Origin: Heteronotia binoei
Taxonomy: Eukaryota
Assembly (NCBI RefSeq): GCF_032191835.1
Contig: NC_083233.1
Location: 3,162,001 to 3,226,000, forward strand
Direction: 5' to 3'
Length of the DNA: 64,000 nt
Shown here: positions 11,913 through 22,296 of the stretch, piece after piece
Position numbering within the stretch: position 1 is the first letter of the stretch
Layout: each line of letters starts with the position of its first letter
The notes under the pieces: generated by a model
What the model saw: only the letters and a program-made list of their open reading frames with translations
What the model was told of the DNA's origin: nothing
The model's database searches: none
Position numbers and translations under genes: made by a program

Positions 11913-12357
11913 TGTCAAGCATGGAAGTTTCAGATAACCAAGTAATTGTTTAATACAAACTCTTAGTTTATTGATAATCCATTGTTGCTTTGAAAGTGAT
12001 ACAAAGTATTGCAAAGCATAACGTTTTAAGGGTTACATCAAAGCATTCCAGCGTGATATCTCAAAGACATAACAAGAACGTGTGAATTACTACAAACTAT
12101 GCAACAGCCTATCTTTGTGGTTAAAACTTCCCTTGGTCTCAGGCATTCGTCTTACAGTTGATGGTTACAGTGTGGAAACCTTTCAGGGAGGCGCCTGCTA
12201 TCAAAGCCTAACATTCCTACATTTGCTACTCAAAGGTGGGAAAGGGAAAAGGGAGGTGAGAAGAAAGAAGAGCTACTTAGCTTTGATATGCAATTACATG
12301 GGAAAGCATTCTACAGAGAAGCACCAACCTTATCATTTAATACTGAACGTATTGACA
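11913..12357 (-). mobile_element. 5' LTR of a Ty3/Gypsy element with a self-complementary PBS
   Basis: TGTCAA...TTGACA termini, minus-strand AATAAA at 11972-11967, TATA-like TTAAAA at 12029-12024, block homology to the solo LTR at 28937. Confidence 0.75.
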
Positions 12358-12467
12358 GGCAAGAGAAAAGCCCTCAGTTTGGGTTACAGATGGAGAAGTC
12401 ACTCCATGTTTTGCTGCTCACCTTCCCAAAGTTCAGTTCCTAAAGACCACGTGATCACTGAGTGAAA

Positions 12468-12754
12468 GAGCGTTTTCGCACTGACCTTACTCGGGAGTGA
12501 CGTCCCTCTTCACCGTGCAGCATCTGTGCGGATTTCGCACTAATTGCTCAGCAGAACCCGGAAGAGCTGCAAAGACCCACAGCTTTTGCGTCGCAAATGT
12601 AAACTGGTTTTTGGCCAGTTTACATTTGCGACACAAAAGCCGCGGGACTTTGCGGCTCTTCCGGGTTCTGCTGAGCAATTAGTGCGAAATCCGTGCAGAC
12701 GCTGCGCGGTGAAGAGGGACGTCACTCCCGAGTAAGGTCAGTGCGAAAACGCTC
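12468..12754. mobile_element. Palindromic MITE, probably PIF/Harbinger
   Basis: 140-bp arms (12468-12607 and 12615-12754), 7-nt loop, flanked by AAA on both sides (3-bp TSD). Confidence 0.85.
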
Positions 12755-12845
12755 AAAGATCCACACCAAAGGAAGCTGCCCAGCCAGCCAGCCCGAGTGG
12801 AGGGAGCAGTTCTTCGGTGCAGTGGGACCTGCAAGCTCCCCACAG

Positions 12846-13018
12846 CCTGGGGCTGCCAGCCTCCAAGTGAAAGATCCCCTGAGATCAGCTCCCCTGGAGA
12901 AAGTGGCTGCTCTGGAAGGTGGGCTCTGTGGCCTTGGGCCCTGCTGAAGTCCCTCTGCTCCCCAGATTCTGCCTTCCCAACCCCCAGGGATCTCCCAATC
13001 CAGACCTGGCAACCCTAT
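12846..13018 (+). mobile_element. TAGGGTTGCC-family hAT MITE
   Basis: GGGGCTGCCAG ... CTGGCAACCCTA termini and shared core. Confidence 0.7.
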
Positions 13019-14427
13019 GGCACAACCCCCTACTTTTGCCATCCGAGCAGTTCCTCATCTATGCCAAACTGGGCTGGCAGCAAAGGAAGTCCTGTTCTAA
13101 AGGAACCATCCATCGACAGGGCCTCCTCTGAGCAGGAAGGAAAGATGATATAAGGCCCTGTTTCGGTGGGATGCAGTTTGATAAAGCCTGGTCTGTGTTG
13201 TCTGTCAAGGCCCCAACCAATGACTGAAGGAAGAGGAAGGGTTGCGAGGGACCCCACCCTGCCCAGCCTGTGCTAAGAAAGGGGGCCAGTCCCCCCCCCT
13301 CCACCACCAGGGAACGGAACTCTGCAACAGGCCCTTTCACTGGCGGATTTATTTTTGCTAGTGGGGGGAAAGAAACCCGTGTGGAGTGAGGCCCGTAAGC
13401 CCAGCACAAGAAGGGGTGGGGGGCACTGGACTCATCAAGAGACGGGAATTTCCTGGAAGGAAGGAATGACAGAGAATTGAAAGATTAATAAACATTTTCT
13501 CTCAGCCCTCTGCTTCAGTTGCCCTTTAGCTCCTTGCAAGCTCCTGGTAAGTGATCCCCCCCCCAAAAAAAAAATTCTATTGTCTTAAGAGTTCTAATTG
13601 CTGAACACTTTGTGTTTTCCAGTCCTCCATCCTTCCTCCCAAACACAGAGCAAGGCAGCCATACTGGCCTCATTGCTGAAGACCTCTTTGAGTGCCAGGA
13701 GGCTAGGCAGGGTGCTGCTCACTCAGGATGGCCAGCGGCTCACAAGGTGTCTGATGCCAGAACCTCCTGCCTGACTTCAGGAGTCTGGCGGGAGGGACTT
13801 CTGCACGCCTCTCATGCTAATCTCCCGGCCGGCCCTCTCGTGAACACACAACCCTGCTACAGAGGAGTGCTTTCCCTGGGAACAGAGCCTGAAACTCATC
13901 ACTGGAAGTCCCCAGAATGTCCTGCTGATTGCGAAGAAATGGGAAAGTCCCCAGGATGCAGTTGGACACCAAAGCGAGGCAGCAGGTCTTTGACCAACCT
14001 TGGAAGAGGATGAATCAGGCCGTGCGGAAACAGGCCGGCTCCAGCAACAACTCACCCCCCGCCCTGACCGAGGATGCTTGTGCAGGCCACTCCAGAAGCC
14101 TGGAGGCTCTGAGATCCAGTCTTTAATTCCAACCCCCCCCCCAAAAAAAATGTATTTTTTACAAGATGTATAGTCCACCTTTCTCACTGGAACTAAAGTG
14201 GGATTACACAACCAACAGGATGGAACATCCAATAGACAGAGCAGTAAACTTTGGACTGCCAGAACAGCAGCATTAACATGACAGCCTGACACATGAAATG
14301 ATGAAGAATTTACACAGTAGCAGCATAGTGCCAGCAACCAACCCTCACCACTATACACATTAGCACAGTCTGCAGACACTGGTTGCAGCAGAGCCGACTG
14401 AAGTTGAATCCATCAAAGGCTCTAGAG

Positions 14428-14770
14428 CAGGGGTCCTCAACCTTTTTAAATAGGGGGCCAGTTCACTGTCCCTCAGACTGTTGGAGGGCCGGATTCCCGT
14501 TACTGTACAAGGCCGCGGGCCATCAGTTCTCCGTCTTCTGCATCTCTCTCCCTTCCTCACACCACACACCCCGGCCTGGGAACTCACCTCACCTCGGTAT
14601 CGCCTCACACTCTGTCTCCGCCGCCTCAGCCCAGTGCCGGAAGTGTGTGTTGCTAACGCAAGTTTAGGTCGAACATCACTTCTGGTCTGATTTTGCCATA
14701 ACCCGGCGGGCCGCATAAATGTCCTCAGCGGGCCGCATCTGGCCCGCGGGCCGTAGGTTGAGGACCCCTG
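14428..14770. mobile_element. hAT-Charlie-type MITE (343 bp)
   Basis: TIRs CAGGGGTCCTCAACCT / AGGTTGAGGACCCCTG; perfect 8-bp TSD CTCTAGAG matching the NTCTAGAN Charlie target. Confidence 0.92.
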
Positions 14771-14869
14771 CTCTAGAGGTCCTGCAGGGCACAGGGGTTT
14801 GGACATGAGAATCCATCGCCCTGCCCTACGTGGGGCAACATCGCTATCGGCACCCAGAGTTCAGGGCCT

Positions 14870-15873
14870 TATCAAACTCCTGGGTCCGCTTGGAAACAGG
14901 AATGACTCAAATAGAGGCTAGAATTTGTATCCTTTCTATATATAAATGGGGCTGTTCCCTCTTATCTTGCATGAGCAATTTAAATGCAATTGGCTCCAAG
15001 CAGTCCAAATGACCATCAGGAAGTTGGGGGTTTTCCCCCAAGCCCTCCTAAACCTTGGCATAGACGAGGCAAAATCACATTAAGCAGAGAGTATGCTAGT
15101 AGATATAGCAAGATGAGCAGATATTCTCAGTTCCCCAAACCATTTCTCTTCAGCAAACAGTAGCTATATTGTTGCTCTTGCCACCTACCTATATTTCCTT
15201 GAATCTCACAACACTAGAAGGGCCTTTACCTTAGCTAGCAGTATATCCCTGCCATCTGTGGTAGCAAAGGGGAGGTGTAAAGGGACTCCTTATGCGCTTA
15301 GGCTCTGTTCCTGTTCCCAGTCTGAAATAGAGTCTCTAGAGCATCTATTCTTTAATTGTTCTTTTCATACAGTGAGCCAAAGGGAAATTATCAGCTCACT
15401 GTTGGAAAGGTTCCCTGGAAGATCAAATAAACTAAATTAGATTATCTTCTGTCAGATAGAAACCACCAGACAACAAGAGAGGTGGCTAGGTTCTGGTTCC
15501 AGGTTTATAAGGAATGCAAAAAGTGAGACAAATAGGCCAAACTGTAAATCTTTTAACAAATTTTAAAGTGACTTTTTAAATGGTTTCAAGGATTAAATCA
15601 TATTTTTTATTATTTCTTACTGACATAAACCTTGTTATCAAATCTTAACATGCAGAGTCTTTGTGGGATTTTTTATAAGGTACTTTTAAGGTTGTTCTAA
15701 ATGACTAAAATATTCTAGTCAATGACTGTAATCAAGACTTTTGGAGTAGAAAAAGCCCAGCAGGAACTCATTTGCATATTAGGTCACAGCCCCTGACATC
15801 AAGCCAGCCGGAACTGTGTCCCTGTGCATTTCTGCTCAGAAAAAGCCCTGGCTATAATAAACTGAACAGAACT
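14870..15873 (+). mobile_element. RTE-X-like LINE 3' fragment
   Basis: C-terminal Cys/His motif RLCSCSQSEIESLEHLFFNCSFH, tail AATAAACTGAACAGAACTGAA, ~13-bp TSD GAGTTCAGGGCCT/GAATTCAGAGCCT. Confidence 0.6.
15733..15850 (+). mobile_element. 119-bp hAT MITE family copy (octamer-containing)
   Basis: Homologous to 26353-26471; degenerate left TIR; ACTGTAAT/GCTATAAT flanks. Confidence 0.75.
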
Positions 15874-16159
15874 GAATTCAGAGCCTAGGTGTGATACTGG
15901 ATGCCTCACTATCGATGGAGACTCAGCTCTCAGCAGTTGCCAAATTTGCCTTTTTTCATCTCCAACAGGTTCGGCAACTATTTAATAGATTTTTAGTCCA
16001 CCCTCCCTGCAAGTGGGCTCAGGGTGGATCACAACAGAAAAAGCACCATACAATACTTAATAGTTCAGGAATTAAAACAGTTAAAGCCATCTAATATAAA
16101 AGCAGGTGACAAAATGTACTAGATTTCCACAGTCTCAAAGCTGGAACCGATTGGCCAAG

Positions 16160-16420
16160 ACGATGTAATCGGCAAGGAGGTTCAATTCAGTTAGGATGCC
16201 CACAGCCTCATTCAAAGGCCTGGTGGAACAGCTCTGTTTTGTGGAATGGTAGAAGGGCCAGCAGGTCCCTGATTTCCAGCGGGAGCAGAAAAGGCCCTGG
16301 CCCGAGTGGACGCGAAGCAGACATCTCTTGGGCTGAACATAAAGCTCTCTGGGGCACGTATGGAGAGTGGCAGTCCCTTGGAGATGTTGCTTCCAAGCCT
16401 CACAGGGCTATAAAGATTCA
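16160..16420 (-). mobile_element. L2 3' fragment
   Basis: Shares motifs with 20700-20965 and the reverse complement of 33250-33480. Confidence 0.6.
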
Positions 16421-16452
16421 AAACTCTGAAGCGAATTCAGTACCCAATTTAT

Positions 16453-16727
16453 AAGAAGAAGACCATAGATTTATACCCCACCCTTCTCTCTGAATCAGAG
16501 TCTCAGAGTGGCTTACAATCTCCTTTATCTTCTTCCCCCACAACAGACACCCTGTGAGGTGGGTGAGGCTGAGAGAGCTTTTTACAGCAGCTGCCCTTTC
16601 AAGGACAACACCTGTGAAAGCTCTGGCTGACCCAAGGCCATTCCAGCAGGTGCAGTGGAGGAGTGGGGAATCAAACCCGGTTCTCCCAGATAAGAGTCCG
16701 CACACTTAACCACTACACAAAACTGGC
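16453..16727 (-). mobile_element. Squam3-type SINE
   Basis: Reverse-complement homologue of 2546-2826. Confidence 0.85.
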
Positions 16728-16804
16728 AGTACAGTTGGCCTAGTGCCAGCCAAATACAAGCCCTTAAAGTTCCTTACCTTTCCATCCATTACCTGATCAA
16801 CACA

Positions 16805-17010
16805 ATGGCACTTTCAGATTGGACTATTGCAGTTCACTTTATGCAGGCATACCCTTGTGCCTGATCCAGAAGTTGCAGCTAATGAAAAATGCAGCAGTGC
16901 GCCTGCAGGCGCACATTCAGCCAGTGCTGTGCAAATTGCACGGGCTGCTGATAGAGTTCCAGATCCATTTCAAGGTGCTGGTTTTAACCTTTAAGGCCCT
17001 GAGCGACCAG
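16805..17010 (+). mobile_element. L2 RT C-terminal fragment
   Basis: LDYCSSLYAGIPLCLIQKLQL...LHGLLIEFQIHFKVLVLTFKAL. Confidence 0.8.
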
Positions 17011-17011
17011 G

Positions 17012-17494
17012 TAGGGCCGGTGCATCCACTAGGTGACCCTAGGCGGTCACCTATGGGCACAGCCCGGGGGGGGGGGTCACCAAATTGGATGCCCCCCTCT
17101 GGAGGTTGGGGAGAGCAAGCGAGTGAGTGAGTAAGGGAGAGTTGCTGCCCTGCCTGCTCACAGATAAAAGCCCCACTGATTGGTGGGCCCTTTCACCTGT
17201 GTCTTCCCATGCGTTTTAAATCACATGAGAGGGAAGGGGTGGTAGAAGCAAGGGTGGTGACATGAGTGTGTCCAGATGAGCATCTGGATTGCAGCAGCTG
17301 AAGCCAGGCCAGTCACACCATGTTGCAGCACTTGGCATGACTGCTGAGGTGGCAAGGAAGGGAGCTCCATCCTGCCTCTCAGAAACCCCAGGAAAGGTGG
17401 CTGAGGTGAGGTGAGGCTGGCCAGGCACCTGTGGGGGGGAATACTGGGAAGGGGGGGCCTCACCTGAGGCACTATATGGTCTGGCGCCACAGCT
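17012..17494. mobile_element. GC-rich non-autonomous DNA element (hAT-Tip100-like termini)
   Basis: TAGGGCCGGTGC ... GGCGCCACAGCTG; partial flanking duplication CCAGG. Confidence 0.4.
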
Positions 17495-18420
17495 GAAGCC
17501 AGGAACCAACATACCTACAGGATCACCTCTCCCCTTATGTCCCCCAAAAGGCCTTGCATTCAGCTGGAATTTCAGGAGGCCGAGGTTGCTTCCTTATATG
17601 TTCTTTATTCATTCCTTATTCACAACTTATTCATTAATTCAACCAAAAATACTGAGGAGAGTTTGAAAGCTCTAAAGCCCAAAATAAAGTCTGGACCCCC
17701 ATATACCACACACTCCCCCATTCTAGGAACTCTCCCCTTCCAGGGGACAGGTGTTGGTTCCTGGTCCAAAGAGTGGTTCTCATGCCAGCAGCTCCAAAGC
17801 AGGGTGCCTCCAGGACAGTCACGCAGGCAGGCACTGGGGCCAGGCTGCACCCCCAAATAATCTTTGAACCACTTCAAAGGACACATCCTCACACTCTGGA
17901 GACTGTCCCCTGCAAGAAGACATATGACGGTGCCACTCCAACCACTGGTTCTGGCGCCACAAGCTTCCATTTGGAGCACCACCAACACCTGTTTTTCAAA
18001 GGAGATTTAAACAAGGAACTTGAATGACTCCACACCCTCTGCACCCCTGGAATCTCCTGGAATTTCCCAATCTGAAGTTGGTATCCCTAGGCCACTGTGA
18101 GACAGCATAAATTAGCTTGCCACCATATCACTGGAGGTGGGGGTGCCTCACACATTCCCTGTGCCACCTTCCTGCCCTCCCCACCAAACTCACAAAAAGC
18201 TGGTGCCTTTGCCCCTGCAACTTGGGAGAGGGAAATTCACATCTGGAAAATACACTTTCCACCAGTGCGATTGTTGCAGTCTGGTTTAAGATCTACAAAC
18301 AGCTTCATGGAAGTAATCAAAACCTCAAGAGATCTCCTTTCTGGTCTCCCCTGACTTTTGTTTTGACCGTGCCTTGGCTGTACAGTCACATCCTGAAAGA
18401 TGCTTCCAGAAGTATTCAAA

Positions 18421-18703
18421 GAGAGCCAGTTTGGTGTAGTGGTGAAGTGCGCGGACTCTTATCTGGGAGGACCGAGTTTGATTCCCCACTCTTCCACTTG
18501 CAGTTGCTGGAATGGCCTTGGGTCAGCCATAGCTTTTGCAGAGCTGTCCTTGAAAGGGCAGCTGCTGTGAGAGCCCTCTCAGCCCCACCCACCTCACAGG
18601 GTGTCTGTTGCGGGGGGGGGGGGGAGAAGATATAGGAGATTGTGAGCCGCTCTGAGTCTCTGATTCAGAGAGAAGGACAGGGTATAAATCTGCCGTCTTC
18701 TTC
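18421..18703 (+). mobile_element. Squam3-type SINE
   Basis: GAGAGCCAGTTTGGTGTAGTGG head, B box, TTC tail. Confidence 0.85.
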
Positions 18704-19727
18704 AAATATGAGAACCATGAAGACTGGGGGGGAAGAATGGCCTGTCCTCCCTCCGCAGTTTTCTCCTGACTCAGGAAGTAGTTTTGTGTCTACCTCTGTC
18801 TTCTTCCCTATCACCTGCATGCAACCCCTGAGCTTGGCATCAAAGTGAGAAAGAGGCCCAGATTCATTCAGTTGTATGGCTCATTTCACTCAGACTAACT
18901 TCACACACCTTGGAAATGTTTATATGACTCATATTCCCTTAGCCCAAATTCTGAGATCAGTGTTATCGGTATAAATCTAGAGTGACTGTTTTACACCCAG
19001 TCCATCTAATACCACATTGCCAACTGACCAAAAAAAATGATCTAAGCTCTATAAGGCAAGATTGACATGATGCTAGCCCCCCTGGTGGTATGCCCCACAG
19101 AAGCAAGGGGAGGAAACTCTGCACACCAAAGAAGTGGGCCAGGGACACTGAACTGCCTTCCCCCCCATCTGACTACCTCTGAAGTTCTTTCTCCCCCAGT
19201 CTGGTTCTGGGACATGGAAGCCGAGTTGCTCAGCTATTCCGTTTTCGAACATGATTGTTTTTTTCCTCCTGCTGACAGGCTGCCAAAAGATTGGTTTTAA
19301 AGGAGGGAACAGGACAGGGGCTGTTTTTAAGTGTTTAGACCCAATTTTAACTTTTATTTTCTGCCTAAGCATTTCTAAGCTTTAAAAGTAGTTTAAGAAT
19401 ATAAGAACATAAGAAGAGACCTGCTGGATCAGACCAGTAGTCTATCTAGTCCAGCATTGTGTCATACAGCGGCCAATCAGTTCTTCTGGATGGCCAACAA
19501 CTGGGCAGAGAGGCTGTGGCCTTCCCTTGATGTTGCCTCCTGGCTCTGGGATTCAGAGGTTTGGTGATTCTGAATGTGGAGATTCCCTTCAGTCACCATG
19601 GCTACTAGCAGCCACTAATAGTCCTATCCTCCTTGAATTTATCTAATCCCCCTTTTAAGCTGTTTCATCCTGTTGCCATCATAGCATTCTCTGGCAGCAA
19701 ATTCCACATTTTAATCATTCTCTATAT

Positions 19728-19864
19728 CAGGGGTGGCCAATGGTAGCTCTCCAGATGTTTTTTGCCTACAACTCCCATCAGCCCCAGCCAGCATGGCCAA
19801 TGGCTAGGGGCTGATGGGCGTTGTAGGCAAAAAACATCTGGAGAGCTACCGTTGGCCACCTCTG
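19728..19864. mobile_element. Palindromic hAT MITE (137 bp)
   Basis: TIRs CAGGGGTGGCCAA / TTGGCCACCTCTG; perfect 8-bp TSD CTCTATAT. Confidence 0.92.
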
Positions 19865-20605
19865 CTCTATATAAGAAAGTATTTTCTTTTGTCTGTCTTG
19901 AGCCTCCTGCCCATCAGCTTCATGGATGCCCCTGAGTTCGAGTATTTTGGGAGAAGGAGAAAAGTTCTCTTTGTCAACTCTCTCCACCCTCCATGCATAA
20001 TTTTATAAACATCTATCATGCCCCCTCTCAGTCATCTCTTTTCTAAACTGAAAACTCTCAGACTCTTCAGCTTTCCTCCTAGGGAAGGGGCTCCAACCGC
20101 CCCCGCCCCCGCCCCCCCCCATCATCTTGGTCGCCCTCCTTTGTGCTTCTTCCAGCTCTGCAATGTCTTTTTTTGAGATACGGTGGCCAGACCTGTACAT
20201 AGTGCTCCAAAGGAGGCCACACCATGGATTTATATGGGGGCATTATAATATCGGCTGTTTTGTTTTCAGTCCATTTCCTAATAATCTCTGGCATAGAGTT
20301 TGCCTTTTTCCACAGCTGCAGCACCTGGGTGGACACTTTCCCTGAGCTACCCACTAAGACTACAAGATCTTTTCCCCTCTCAGTCTCAGCAAGTTCAGAC
20401 CTCATTAGCCCATACCTGACGTTGGGATTTTTTGTCCCCGTGGGCATCATCTTGCACTTACCAACACTGAACTTCATTGGCCACCTTGTCACCCACTCAC
20501 TCAGCCTGCGGAATTCCTCTTGGAGCTCTTTACAGTCAGCCTTTTTTCCACCATCCTGAATAATTTGGTGTCCTCTGCAAACTTGCCCTCCACACTACTC
20601 ACCTC

Positions 20606-21096
20606 CAATGTTCCTTCTAAATTATGGAGTCCAGTGAACAAAAATTCTGCTTCATGAGCTACTGGCTGTCATCCCCATCAATGACAACCTCTATGATGGA
20701 ATCAAATTAGGTTTATTCTTTAAATGAAGACATCTTGGTGAGTCTGGGGCCCTCAGGTTCAGGAATACAATTATACCCTTGGGTCCAGACTGTTACAAGT
20801 TTGAAGCACAAGGCATTCCACATTGCTGGTGCTGCCACTGAGAAGGCCCTAGCCCATTCAGAGAACAGTCTGGCCTCCCTTGGTCCAGGGATAGATAGTA
20901 GGTTTTGTGTCCCTGAACTCAGTGCTCTCTGGGGAACATATGGATGCACTTATGGCAAGAAACATTCTTGACACTGGCACTAAAGTTGTGAGCTACTGCA
21001 TAAATTAGTTTGCTCTGGGGCCATTTTTCCTGAGCTAAGACAGAGGCTAAAAAACTGTGAGCTAGCTCACACTAACTCAGCTTAGAGGGCACACTG
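20606..21096. mobile_element. hAT MITE (CAGTGTTCCCTCTAA-type TIR) carrying an L2 fragment at ~20700-20965
   Basis: CAATGTTCCTTCTAA / TTAGAGGGCACACTG; the host CR1 resumes on both sides. Confidence 0.65.
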
Positions 21097-21461
21097 TCAC
21101 TTCTAGTTCCAAGTCACTGATGAATATGTTTAAATAGTACCAGCCTTAATACTAATCCTTGTGGGACCCTATTGATTCCTACCCTTTCTTCCAGTAATTT
21201 AACCAGTTTTTAATCCCTAAGAGACCCTGTCCTCTTACCCCATGACTGCTAAGTTCACTCAGGAGTCTTTGGGAAGGTGCCTTGTCAGAAGCCCTTGGAA
21301 AGTCCACATTACAAGACTGTTGTCTACCTGCTTGTTCACTTTCTCAAAGATCTCCAAAAGGTTGGTGAGGCAGGGCTGATTTCCACTCAGCAGACTTTGT
21401 TCATCTGTGTGCCTAATAATTCTCTCTTTGGCACTGATTTTCCTGGGACAGACATTAGGCT

Positions 21462-21759
21462 AGGAAAGGAAAGGTCCCCTGTGCAAGCACCAGTCATTTC
21501 CAACTCTGGGGTGACGTTGCTTTTGCAACATTTTCACGGCAGACTTTTTATGGGGTGGTTTGCCATTGCCTTCCCCAGTCCTCTACGCTTTCCCCGCAGC
21601 AAGCTGGGTACTCATTCTACCAACCTCGAAAGGATGGAAGGCTGAGTCAACCTTGAGCCAGTTACCTGAAAACCCAGCTTCTGCCAGGGATCGAACTCAG
21701 GTCGTGAGCAGAGCTTATGACTGCAGTACTGCAGCTTTAACATTCTGCGCCACGGGGCT
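21462..21759 (-). mobile_element. Sauria SINE nested in CR1
   Basis: Reverse-complement homologue of 2243-2545. Confidence 0.85.
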
Positions 21760-21959
21760 TACTGGCCTGCAGTTCCCTGGTTGCCCTCTGGATCCCTTTT
21801 GAAAAAGTGACATAACATTTACTACTCTCCATCCCTCTAGCACACTGGCTGAACGTAGTGATAGATTACATATATGGGTTAGTAGATGAAATATCTCCTG
21901 TTTCAGTTCCCTAAGAACTTTGGGCATGTGCCACCAGGATTTTTTACTGGGCGTGAGGG

Positions 21960-22065
21960 GGGGGGGGGGGGAGAGAGGTATTTGTGAAGTCCCTGCATTG
22001 TGCAGGGGGGAGTGGACTAGATGACCCTAGAGGTCCCTTCCAACTCTGATTGTATGATCCTATGC
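21960..22065 (+). mobile_element. CR1 extreme 3' end
   Basis: GGACTAGATGACCCTAGAGGTCCCTTCCAACTC plus ATGAT-repeat tail. Confidence 0.75.
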
Positions 22066-22230
22066 CTGAAGGAGGCACCAAAAAAAGCGAGGGCGGGGAG
22101 AGACACAAGATGCTTCTATAACACATCAGTGGTGATATACAGAAAATCACAAGTCTTGTAAAAAAGACTCATTCTCCAGACATCCCAACATCTCCAGCAG
22201 CCAAAGACAGAAAGGCAGACAGAAACGCAA

Positions 22231-22231
<1 letters not shown>

Positions 22232-22294
<63 letters not shown>
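22232..22294. repeat. (AAAG)n microsatellite
   Basis: Directly visible. Confidence 0.95.

Positions 22295-22296
<2 letters not shown>

Larger units (their letters stand above)
14370..15985 (+). mobile_element. L2 LINE fragment interrupted by a hAT MITE and an RTE-X-like LINE
   Basis: WLQQSRLKLNPSK before 14420; resumes 14779-14869 and 15874-15985 (ILDASLSMETQLSAVAKFAFFHLQQVRQL). Confidence 0.7.
19396..21935 (-). mobile_element. 5'-truncated CR1 LINE with nested insertions
   Basis: Minus-strand RT motifs GQPGNCRPVS, LDFPRASDKAPSQRLL, GVPQG-like, KFAEDTKLF, PPLEHYVQVWPPYLKK; (TTCTTATG)-like 3' tail at ~19396. Confidence 0.85.

Noticed and set aside
12487-12735. Four overlapping similar ORFs on both strands
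   Set aside because: A consequence of the palindromic MITE; no coding evidence.
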